Source: Candidatus Poribacteria bacterium (GTDB taxonomy: Bacteria; Poribacteria; WGA-4E; PCPOR2b). Taken from it: a stretch of DNA of 64,000 bases. Numbering within the stretch: the first letter of the stretch is position 1; each line of letters opens with the position of its first letter. The position numbers were made by a program, and so were the translations under genes. Below are positions 9,196 through 17,600 of the stretch, piece by piece. Location of the stretch: contig OZ241983.1 of NCBI GenBank assembly GCA_965204355.1, positions 5,061,088 through 5,125,087 on the forward strand. Direction: 5' to 3'. The notes under the pieces were generated by a model, which was not told the DNA's origin, ran no database searches, and worked only from the letters and a program-made list of their open reading frames with translations.

Positions 9196-9366
9196 ATGTC
9201 ACAAAATGTCACAAAATGTCACAGATTTTGCATATTTTCGTTAGTCTTGGGGCGGACCGTTGATGAACATTAGCTTTGATTTTGATCAGATGTCACAGAA
9301 TGTCACAGATTCTCACAAATTCTCACATATTTTTTACCTGAGTGTGCGTTTTAGTGCGTTTTAGTG
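9196..9366. repeat. direct-repeat array: TGTCACA(aaa/gat) five times, TCTCACA(aat) twice, GTGCGTTTTAGT twice
   Basis: Three adjacent 10-bp units tgtcacaaaa/tgtcacaaaa/tgtcacagat start at 9197. A second block, atgtcacagaatgtcacagattctcacaaattctcacat, starts at 9289. The gtgcgttttagt unit repeats twice at 9343. Confidence 0.6.
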
Positions 9367-9584
9367 AGGTGGTTTGGACTTCTGAACCCTGATTTATGCC
9401 GTTCCCCCGATAAATCGGGACAAGCAGATTGTACTACTTATCAGGGGGACTTATGAGCCAGCTGCATAAGTCCTGGGATTGTCAGGTTATAGCTGATAGC
9501 TGTTTCTGCCATCCGTAATTATTATTTTAACATATCGGAATAACATATTGCAAAAAATTAATCATTCCGCCGGGGCTTTAGGGC

Positions 9585-9830
9585 TATTCAGTTTTAGGCT
9601 TTTTACGTATTTTGTTTGAAAAGTCGGAGTCGGGCAGTCGCTCTTAGAGCGACGTGTCGGGATTTGGAAATCCCTCCTACAGAAGAACTATGGTGAATTT
9701 TAGAATTACTTGAACGCTCTGTACCGGCGAGGATGGGAAAAGCCGGACTATCACCCCGGTAGGCGCAGTTACAAACAGCACCTACCAAACATGGGGAACG
9801 AAAGTGTCTATCTGTTTTTAGAATCCACTA
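9585..9830. repeat. composite repeat: a family B element followed by a family A MITE
   Basis: The first block is cagttttaggct ... tattttgtttgaaaagtcggagtcgggcagtcgctcttagagcgacgtgtcgggatttggaaatccctcctac. The second block is ctatggtgaattttagaattacttgaacgctctgtaccggcg ... agaatccactaatt. The same B+A pair recurs at 60003-60265. The repeat ends 3 bp before ATG 9834. Confidence 0.55.
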
Positions 9831-9833
9831 ATT

Positions 9834-10862
9834 ATGAGATGTAAAGCACGAACCCCCTTCATTTTTCGATGTCATAGAAGCGCCGTTGAAAACAGCCCCT
9901 ACTGCGCTGAGCATCAGAACTACCCACCGAGCGGTTGGCGGTATGGATTGCTAACGGCTTCAAGGATTGCGACCGGGATTGCTGCGGCTGCGGTTACGGT
10001 TGTCGGTTTCGCCTGCCTAAGAAACTGTCCCAACAAGGATCTGAAGGAGAGCGAAGGGCAGCTGCGTGGGATGGCGCCATTTGAGTACGCTGTGTTGTGT
10101 CTGGCGATTTACGAGGCTAAGACGGAACTGCGCATCTCCACAAAAACGGATGGCGCCCAGATCTTTATGACGCCAGCGGCGAGTAACGATGTCTATTTCT
10201 CCCGAATAACAGAGCCACCGAACTGGACGCAGCTCTCCGCTCCTTCACGTCGGGCCCAACTTCCGGAGGCGCTAAAGGGCGCAACGTTTGAGGACCCTAA
10301 CACAGGTTTCCGTGCGATGTTATACCGATCAAGGGACGAGCAGGAGATTGTCGTTGTTTATCGGGGTGTAAGGAGAACCAATATCCTCCAAGATAGCCAG
10401 ACCTGCCTCTCCCAAGGGTTAGGGTTTGGCGCAGCAATATATCGACAGGCAATCGAACTCGCCCTAGCGGTTGTGGAGGCGTATGGGGACAAGGTGATCT
10501 TCACGGGGCATTCCATGGGCGGCGGTCTGGCAGCCTCAGCGAGCATCGTTGCGAATCGTCCAGCGGTGACTTTCAACAGTGCAGGGGTGCACCCCGCTAC
10601 CCTTGAAGGGTTTGACTTAGTAGATCATGCGACCATTGACGAAAGACTGAAGTCCATTGAGAACTATTATGTGCCGGGCGAATGGCTATCCACTTTACAA
10701 CGTCCCTGCTTTGTCAAGAGCGCCGCTGGGGTACATATTCCACTGCCGGATGTCGGAGGTCGAGTCTCTGTGAAAATGGTGCCCGCCCGGAATAAAGGAC
10801 GTGGCAAACACTCAATCACGTTGATTATTGCGACACTGTACGAACTCGCCGAACCCTCCTAA
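9834..10862 (+). CDS. alpha/beta-hydrolase, lipase class-3-like protein with an N-terminal transmembrane segment
   Basis: Contains a nucleophile elbow GHSMGGGLA, a Cys-rich N-terminus and then a hydrophobic helix. No ribosome-binding site is present, because the MITE abuts the start. Confidence 0.5.
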   Translation: MRCKARTPFIFRCHRSAVENSPYCAEHQNYPPSGWRYGLLTASRIATGIAAAAVTVVGFACLRNCPNKDLKESEGQLRGMAPFEYAVLCLAIYEAKTELRISTKTDGAQIFMTPAASNDVYFSRITEPPNWTQLSAPSRRAQLPEALKGATFEDPNTGFRAMLYRSRDEQEIVVVYRGVRRTNILQDSQTCLSQGLGFGAAIYRQAIELALAVVEAYGDKVIFTGHSMGGGLAASASIVANRPAVTFNSAGVHPATLEGFDLVDHATIDERLKSIENYYVPGEWLSTLQRPCFVKSAAGVHIPLPDVGGRVSVKMVPARNKGRGKHSITLIIATLYELAEPS

Positions 10863-10996
10863 CCCGTTTTCCATTCATATCTGCTTTTCTCTGCGTCTTT
10901 GCTCCTTTGCGTTAAATGGTTTTTTCATTCGTGTATATTTGCGTGGATTCGCGGATGGGTTGCTCTTTTCACATTTCACGCCTTACGTTTCACGTT

Positions 10997-12445
10997 TCAT
11001 TCATCTGTATTTGCAATGGCATCTATATAATCCTTAACCCGCTGCCGATACCGCACCGGAATCTCTTCCCGCTCCACTGCCTCCGCGTAAGCCTGTTTCG
11101 CGTTGAGATAGACTTCGCGGTGTTGCATATAAGTGGGTTCCTCTTCGCCGCTCGGCGCCGCTTGCGTTGAGGCTGTGGAAAATTCCTCCGAATCCGATGT
11201 GGCTCCTCTCAATTGTAGCGCCTCCGTGGATTGCTCCTCCGACGCCATAGCGCCAAGCTGTGTTCCCTGCGCCTCTCCCGTTCCAGATTCCTCGCCCGGT
11301 CCCCCATCGCTACCTGCCACGCCGCCCGTTTTACGCGCCATTTCGATACCCGCCAATCCAATATTTTTTCGACTCGCCTTAATCTCCTCCAAAATTCCTT
11401 CCAACTGCGCCATATCTTTTGCCTGCCGATCAATGTTTAACAGCGAACGTGCAATTTTCTCCAGCATCTCAGGGCTGACTCCCTCCGTTCCAATCTCGTT
11501 CAGTTGGCTCACGAGGTTCTTGGCGGCAGGATTATCCCCAAGCCGTTCAGCAAGTTGTCTGAGTAACGCATCCAATTCCGTCCGCTGTGCCTCAGTCAGT
11601 CCGTCCATCTGATCCGCTAACTTCTGTAGCTCTGAAGCGATCTCCTCTGTATCCGTTCCACTGAGTAGTTCGGAGTTTTTGCTTACCGCGGAGATGGTTT
11701 CAGCAGCTTCATCTATTTCATTTTCTGATAGTTGTTGCTTTTCTGTCTCAACCTCCTCACGGAGTTTGCTAAGTTTCTTCTGAGCGGGTTGCACACCGCC
11801 GCGCTTGTTCCGCAATGTCTTGACGGTTTCCTCAACCTTTTTGGAAAGTTCGGCGTTATCAAGACTACTAACCGCTTTTTCAAGCCTTGTTGCAGCATCA
11901 TGGATAGCGGCACGTTCCGAGATAGTCGGAGGGGCGGGGACTTCATACATACGCGGGATGAAAAACGAAAGCGCAACTAACAACACAGGGAGGGGCAGCC
12001 ATTTGAGGGTTGACGGAACTGTGTAGGAGACCGCAGCTGCCGGAAGAATCTCTTGGGATGCCCTTGCAGTATCACGAATCTGCAACACGGTAAAATCATC
12101 GGTTCCCTTCCGGTCCATCACTTCAAGGGCAGTGCCCATGCGTTCTTTCAGATTGAGGCGCTGATCTACAAGGCGCGCTACCTCAGACGGATTGATCTTC
12201 CGTCCGAGACTCAAACCAAACGCAATAACGCTTGCGACGGTGATCGGGGTGAAAACTGCAAGTCCAATCGGTATCGGCAGCGGGAAAAATCGGTTAGCTA
12301 CAAGCAATATCCCGGCGATAAGCAGCCCCCAGAAGTTAAACGTAGCCAGAGTCTCGAAACTACGCTCGATCCGCATTCGACGCTGGACGGCAGATAGCTT
12401 ATTCTGGATAATCTGTTCAGGTTGACTTTGGACTGAGTTTCGCAT
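10997..12445 (-). CDS. hypothetical membrane protein with a long coiled-coil and Glu-rich region
   Basis: Transmembrane helices occur near the N-terminus and at about residue 140. A long E/K/Q-rich helical region follows, and no enzymatic motif was recognised. The ORF is 482 aa. Confidence 0.45.
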   Translation of the reverse strand: MRNSVQSQPEQIIQNKLSAVQRRMRIERSFETLATFNFWGLLIAGILLVANRFFPLPIPIGLAVFTPITVASVIAFGLSLGRKINPSEVARLVDQRLNLKERMGTALEVMDRKGTDDFTVLQIRDTARASQEILPAAAVSYTVPSTLKWLPLPVLLVALSFFIPRMYEVPAPPTISERAAIHDAATRLEKAVSSLDNAELSKKVEETVKTLRNKRGGVQPAQKKLSKLREEVETEKQQLSENEIDEAAETISAVSKNSELLSGTDTEEIASELQKLADQMDGLTEAQRTELDALLRQLAERLGDNPAAKNLVSQLNEIGTEGVSPEMLEKIARSLLNIDRQAKDMAQLEGILEEIKASRKNIGLAGIEMARKTGGVAGSDGGPGEESGTGEAQGTQLGAMASEEQSTEALQLRGATSDSEEFSTASTQAAPSGEEEPTYMQHREVYLNAKQAYAEAVEREEIPVRYRQRVKDYIDAIANTDE

Positions 12446-12622
12446 ATCTTATAAGACGAACTGACCGGCAAAATTGTTCATAAAGAGACCTGAAATTTTC
12501 TACTAGGTTCTGTTGACGTTGCATTGCAATCAGATAATCGAGGGATGTGCACAGACACATGCTGCTTCGTAGGGGTTGGGTTTCCCAACCCTTTTTTTAC
12601 ATATCAAAGCCGATTTTGAACT

Positions 12623-12712
12623 TCTGTAGGTCGATTTTCCAAAATCGACGTTTCGGAGTCGAGATATGAATCTCGACCTATGCCGTTCCGAGCCTCCCGA
12701 TGAATCGGGACA
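12623..12712. repeat. REP-like palindrome cluster
   Basis: Contains gtcgattttccaaaatcgac, gtcgagatatgaatctcgac and atgccgttccgagcctcccgatgaatcgggac. The tgccgttccgag ... cccgatNaatcggg module recurs inside the RM gene and near 9400. Confidence 0.5.
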
Positions 12713-13108
12713 ATCCACTCAATCTATACGGTTTGGGGAGGCTAATCTGGATTGGTCAATGGGCGAGGGGACCTCGTCCCTAAGATTATGGACAGTTTTA
12801 CGTAAATGTCAATACGCCCTAGTGTTCTGTCAAATAAATCATGATAAAGCACTCACCGCTCGGCTCCGACTTCGCCGAGAGTCCAAGACTTGGATAGCCA
12901 TAGCCAAGCCGCTGTGCGGGGGAAGTGTCTAAAGGAGGCTTTTGTACCATCCCGATGAAATCGGGATGATCCCTCCACAAACTAACAGTTTGCGCTACAT
13001 GTATCTGACAATGTACTAACGGCAAGAACCGATTACCGTGAATAAACCTATGGGATACGCACATCGTCGCAGAAAAACGACAACTTCACACCAATTTCCA
13101 ATAATATT

Positions 13109-15175
13109 TTGGCAAAGGATCTATCCAACGTGAAAACAAATCAACGAATCAGAAACGTAGCCAATCACGCATCGCGTCCCGATATATCGGGATCCTCGGA
13201 ACGGGATTTCACGCATCACGTCCCGATATATCGGGATCCTCGGAACGGGATTTCACGCATCACGTTTCACGTCATATTTCTCATTCTGATACTTGTCGGC
13301 GGGGGCATTGGATGTTCAACCGACCGATCTCCCAAGTCCGGTCGTTGGGAAATTGTTCGGCGCGCAGATTGGGAAGCGAGATTCTACGATGTATTCTTCA
13401 TTGATGAGCGTACCGGATGGATAGTTGGAAATAACGCGGGAAGCACATTTGCTGAAGAACTTGACAGCGTCATCGCTCACACAACGGATGGCGGCGTGAC
13501 ATGGCAGCCACAACAGAGCGACGTCTACCATCCGTTACGAGCGGTGCGATTTGTGGACAGCCAAACCGGGTGGATCGTTGGCGAAAATGGTGTTATTCTA
13601 CACACAAAAAATGGCGGGGAGAAGTGGGAACGGCAATCAGCGGACACGTATGACAACCTGTTCGATCTTCATTTTGCTTCAGCCCAAGAAGGGTGGATCG
13701 TCGGCGATTTCGGGACGGTGTTACACACAACGGATGGCGGACAGACTTGGGCGAATCGATCGGAAGGAATCGGTGACAATTCACTGCGAGGCGTATTTTT
13801 CCTCAATTCCCGTCAAGGCTGGACGGTTAGCCATCAGGGCAACGCTTTTTATACACGCGATGGCGGAAAGCGTTGGACTTATCAGAAAACAAACGTCCGC
13901 TACGAGTTGTCCGATGTCCATTTTGTCGATGAAAATCGTGGTTGGATCATCGGCGACAAGCGCACGGTGCTTGCCACACAGGATGGCGGCAGGAATTGGG
14001 AGTATCTAACACGAGGCTCCAATAAACGTCACGAAGAGCACTACGGTCAGCAGATAAGAACTGGGGATGAACCACTACACACCTTCCTCCTGTACGCGCT
14101 CCACTTCACCGATACCGAGAATGGCTGGATCGTTGGCGACTTGGGGGCTATCTTGCACACCAACGATGGTGGGCGGACGTGGAAACATCAGCGGGGCGGT
14201 GCAACACAATTGGTCGGAGCGGATGTCGTTCTGCTGGGGGTCCATTTTGTCAATGCCCAGCTCGGTTGGACTGTCGGTGAGTTTGGGACGATCTGGCATA
14301 CTAAAAATGGCGGGCAAACGTGGGAACTTCAATCCGCACCCAGCTACCTGCTCACAGATCTCCACTTTATCAATGACAAGGTTGGATATGCGGTGGGTGA
14401 CCGTGGGGAGGTTCTTCGCACAGACGACGGCGGGTTACACTGGCAATCGCAGGATAGCGGAACGATGGAGTGTTTCGGATCAACCCATTTTATCAACGAC
14501 AAGGTCGGCTGGAGCGTTGCAGAATGGGGAACGATTGTCCACACCATTGACGGCGGCAAAACGTGGTCACAGCAAGAAGCGGATACGGAAAATGACCTCC
14601 TCGGCGTCTCCTTCGTTGACCCACAGCGAGGGTGGGCAATCGGTCACAGCGGGGAGATTTTGCACACCGCGGACGGCGGCAAAACGTGGGAGAAACAACG
14701 CAGCGGTGTCAATCGTCATCTCTTTGGAGTACATTTCATTGACCCTCAAAACGGATGGGTTGTAGGGCAGGGCGGTGTGATTCTTCACACCCGGAACGGC
14801 GGTCAAAAGTGGGATTTGCAAGCCGAACTCGGAGAAATCTGGCTATCAGGGGTCTATTTTACAGACTATCTAAACGGTTGGGTTGTCGGGATTGATGGCT
14901 TGGTGCTCCACACAACCGACGGCGGGCGCACGTGGAAACGTCAAAAAAGCTACGTGGAAAGTTTCCTGAATAGTGTCTTCTTCCTCAATGCAAACCTCGG
15001 TTGGGCGGTCGGCGGCGAAGGCACGGTTATCCGTACCCTCGATGGCGGTGAGAACTGGCGTCCGCAACGGTGCGAAAGCCACTATAACCTGAACTCGATC
15101 TATATGCAGGACGCTGAAACCGGTTGGATCGTCGGCGATCTCGGCGTGATGTTGCGGTATGTCATTGATGATTAG
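13109..15175 (+). CDS. BNR/Asp-box repeat beta-propeller protein (Ycf48-like or exo-alpha-sialidase-like repeats), probably a lipoprotein
   Basis: About 12 repeats of the (T/D)xDGGxTW Asp-box are present. A lipobox-like LILVGGGIGC follows a 50-aa N-terminal region that contains two 44-bp REP repeats, so the true start is uncertain. Confidence 0.6.
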   Translation: MAKDLSNVKTNQRIRNVANHASRPDISGSSERDFTHHVPIYRDPRNGISRITFHVIFLILILVGGGIGCSTDRSPKSGRWEIVRRADWEARFYDVFFIDERTGWIVGNNAGSTFAEELDSVIAHTTDGGVTWQPQQSDVYHPLRAVRFVDSQTGWIVGENGVILHTKNGGEKWERQSADTYDNLFDLHFASAQEGWIVGDFGTVLHTTDGGQTWANRSEGIGDNSLRGVFFLNSRQGWTVSHQGNAFYTRDGGKRWTYQKTNVRYELSDVHFVDENRGWIIGDKRTVLATQDGGRNWEYLTRGSNKRHEEHYGQQIRTGDEPLHTFLLYALHFTDTENGWIVGDLGAILHTNDGGRTWKHQRGGATQLVGADVVLLGVHFVNAQLGWTVGEFGTIWHTKNGGQTWELQSAPSYLLTDLHFINDKVGYAVGDRGEVLRTDDGGLHWQSQDSGTMECFGSTHFINDKVGWSVAEWGTIVHTIDGGKTWSQQEADTENDLLGVSFVDPQRGWAIGHSGEILHTADGGKTWEKQRSGVNRHLFGVHFIDPQNGWVVGQGGVILHTRNGGQKWDLQAELGEIWLSGVYFTDYLNGWVVGIDGLVLHTTDGGRTWKRQKSYVESFLNSVFFLNANLGWAVGGEGTVIRTLDGGENWRPQRCESHYNLNSIYMQDAETGWIVGDLGVMLRYVIDD
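13170..13257. repeat. 44-bp tandem repeat, two copies, inside the 5' coding region of the BNR protein
   Basis: Two adjacent units of catc(g/a)cgtcccgatatatcgggatcctcggaacgggatttcacg. The core palindrome cccgatatatcggg relates to the genome-wide cccgataaatcggg. Confidence 0.65.
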
Positions 15176-15444
15176 CCGACAACAGTAGGCACATCTTAAT
15201 CCAAGTTGCTAATCGTCAAGCCCACTCGGCTTGGATAGACATATCCAAGTCATCTGTGCATGTTTACAGTGGATTTGTCAGTCCACTGCGAACGGTGATT
15301 AAGAGCATTCTCCTGTAGGAGCGATTTCCAAATCGCGACACGTCGGGAATCGGAGTTCCCAGCTACCGGCGCAACATTGTATTCTGTAGAGCGATCCCCG
15401 AATCGCGACTGAATGCTTTGATAGTCGGGAATCGGAGTTCCCTC

Positions 15445-15918
15445 CTACCGCATGTCGAATTTGCATCGCCAATGTGGGTAATCTTCGGGATGTTTGACAA
15501 GCCCTTTTCTGACGGGGTTTTCGTAACAATAACGAATGATTTTGTTCAAGGATTCATCGCGGCGGATCCCGTGGTCATAGTAGTTAGCTTGCCAGATGGG
15601 ACTGTTCCCCAGCAGCCGCGCGTTGATTTGGTTGGCTGTGAACCTCTTGAAAGATTGGACGAGGCTAGATAAAGTTTGTTTGTTTCCGAGTTGGAAGACA
15701 ACGTGAATGTGGTCTGGCATCACCATGATGCACATCCATTTGAGACGTACCTCCTTTTCAAGCCAGTCGAAAGATTCATAAATAATATCTGGAATGCCGG
15801 AGTTCGTTAAGAGGGGTTCCCTGTTGTGGGTAGCGAGTGTGATGGAATAATATGCGCTAGGTATTGATTTTCTACCTTTCCGCAATTGGCGGTGTCCTTT
15901 ATTAGGGGTTCGGTTCAT
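15445..15918 (-). CDS. IS200/IS605-family Y1 transposase of the REP-associated (RAYT, TnpA_REP) type
   Basis: Contains the HUH motif PDHIHVVF and the C-terminal motif RYCYENPVRKGLV (Y ... NPV+xGLV). The protein is about 157 aa and is flanked by REP arrays. Confidence 0.75.
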   Translation of the reverse strand: MNRTPNKGHRQLRKGRKSIPSAYYSITLATHNREPLLTNSGIPDIIYESFDWLEKEVRLKWMCIMVMPDHIHVVFQLGNKQTLSSLVQSFKRFTANQINARLLGNSPIWQANYYDHGIRRDESLNKIIRYCYENPVRKGLVKHPEDYPHWRCKFDMR

Positions 15919-15967
15919 GTTTTGTTCTCTTGGCAAGATATTTTGTAACAGATTACAGCGTGATACT

Positions 15968-16456
15968 TAGTTGTGTATCAAGTCATTTTCACGTAGGAGC
16001 GATCTCCGAATCGCGACCCCTCGGGAATTAGAGTTCCCGGCTACCGGCGCAACATTGTATTCTGTAGAGCGATCCCCGAATCGCGACTGAATGCTTTGAT
16101 AGTCGGGAAGCGGAGTTCCCTCCTACAACATACTTAGTGTATCAAGTCATTTTCACGTAGGAGCGATCTCCGAATCGCGACCCCTCGGGAATCGGAGTTC
16201 CCGGCTACCGGCGCAACATTGTATTCTGTAGAGCGATCCCCGAATCGCGACTGAATGCTTTGATAGTCGGGAAGCGGAGTTCCCTCCTACAACATACTTA
16301 GTGTATCAAGTCATTTTCACGTAGGAGCGATCTCCGAATCGCGACCCCTCGGGAATTAGAGTTCCCGGCTACCGGCGCAACATTGTATTCTGTAGAGCGA
16401 TCCCCGAATCGCGACTGAATGCTTTGATAGTCGGGAAGCGGAGTTCCCTCCTACAA
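15968..16456. repeat. three tandem copies of a 164-bp unit; each unit carries three REP-like palindromes
   Basis: The unit is acttagtgtatcaagtcattttcacgtaggagcgatctccgaatcgcgacccctcgggaatYRgagttcccggctaccggcgcaacattgtattctgtagagcgatccccgaatcgcgactgaatgctttgatagtcgggaagcggagttccctcctacaacat. Unit starts are near 15968, 16132 and 16296. Confidence 0.7.
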
Positions 16457-16596
16457 CTCAAAAATGTCAAGTTAATTGTAAAATCCACCATAGTTCATTG
16501 GTTCACTAGTTCGTTAATGCATTCAATGAACCAATGAACCAATAAACTAGTGAACAATGTAGCAACAACACGTCATCAGCCAATGTCAAAAAGTTG

Positions 16597-17379
16597 CTAA
16601 ACAACCGCTGACAACCCTCCATCGATGTTGATCGCTGTCCCCGTTATATACGAAGCGCGATCCGAAACGAGGAAAGCAACGAGATCGCCGACCTCAGTCG
16701 GTTCACCCAAGCGACCAAGTGGATGCTCGGCCCCCCTTGCTTCCCAATACTCATCAATCGTACCGGGCGAGCCATCTGCCCTCCAAGACCGTTCACCCTG
16801 TGCGCTCTTGATTGAGGTTAAGCAGACGGTGTTGACAAGAATCTTGTCCGCAAGTAACTCTTTGGAGAGCGCTTTTGTCATCGCGATGCCTGCCGCTCGA
16901 CTGACGGAAGTTGGGACAGAACCTGCGTCCGGTTGTTTGCCACCGGGATGAGTGATATTGATAATGCGTCCACCGCCCGTTGGTCTCATGTGAGGGATAG
17001 CCAACCGCGAACAGCGCACCGCTCCCATCAGTTTGAGATCGAGGTCCTCGTACCATTCCGCATCGGTGACCTGTTCAAAATTTCCGCCCGCAGACTTCCC
17101 GGCGTTGTTGACCAGAATATCAATCTTGCCGTACGTATTAACCGTTTGGTTGATAAAGTTTTCGAGTGTTCCGGCGATTGTCACGTCAGCGGCGACCGCG
17201 AGCACCTCGCCACCCGTTGCATCGCGAATCTCCTGTGCCGCATCTTCTAAGACATCCTCACGGCGAGCGCAGATTGCGACTTTCGCGCCCTCTTCGCAAA
17301 GCCGTTGGGCAATTCCTTTGCCAATACCTTCACTACCGCCTGTGATGACGGCGACCTTTCCTGTCAATCCCAGATCCAT
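16597..17379 (-). CDS. SDR family NAD(P)-dependent oxidoreductase
   Basis: Contains GKVAVITGGSEGIGKGIA (TGxxxGxG), NNAG, and a catalytic Y/K region. Confidence 0.8.
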   Translation of the reverse strand: MDLGLTGKVAVITGGSEGIGKGIAQRLCEEGAKVAICARREDVLEDAAQEIRDATGGEVLAVAADVTIAGTLENFINQTVNTYGKIDILVNNAGKSAGGNFEQVTDAEWYEDLDLKLMGAVRCSRLAIPHMRPTGGGRIINITHPGGKQPDAGSVPTSVSRAAGIAMTKALSKELLADKILVNTVCLTSIKSAQGERSWRADGSPGTIDEYWEARGAEHPLGRLGEPTEVGDLVAFLVSDRASYITGTAINIDGGLSAVV

Positions 17380-17439
17380 GGTAACCTCCTATGATTGGGT
17401 TAAGGGTTCGCTTAGTAAATCCCTTGACTTACGTACGCT

Positions 17440-17600
17440 TTCCCCGATGTATGTCAGTTTAGGACTTACGCAGCGCGTTCATAAGTCCCCCTGACAATGG
17501 TTTCCCCCCTGACAAGGGGGGCTAGGGGGGTTAGAGGATTTAGGGGGTTAAAAATCAAAAATCTACCCCCGTGTGCCAAATTTGCGTAAGTCCTGTCAGT
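17440..17600. repeat. family D repeat with gacttacgcag ... ctgcgtaagtc inverted ends and a poly-ggggg core
   Basis: The full sequence is aggacttacgcagcgcg ... agtccccctgacaa ... ggggggctaggggggttagaggatttagggggttaaaaatcaaaaatctacccccgtgtgccaaatttgcgtaagtcctg. Related copies occur at 20090-20165, 25803-26152 and 58305-58425. Confidence 0.5.

Larger units (their letters stand above)
15311..16456 (-). mobile_element. REP-associated tyrosine transposase locus: a RAYT gene flanked by REP clusters
   Basis: An IS200/Y1-type transposase ORF sits between a 138-bp REP cluster (15311-15448) and three tandem 164-bp REP-containing units (15968-16456). Confidence 0.7.

Noticed and set aside
15968-16456. 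Regularly spaced repeats beside a transposase-like gene, which might be mistaken for a CRISPR array.
   Set aside because: The units are 164 bp and directly abutting, with no unique spacers. They are composed of REP palindromes, and the adjacent gene is a Y1/HUH transposase, not cas. The structure is a BIME/REP array.
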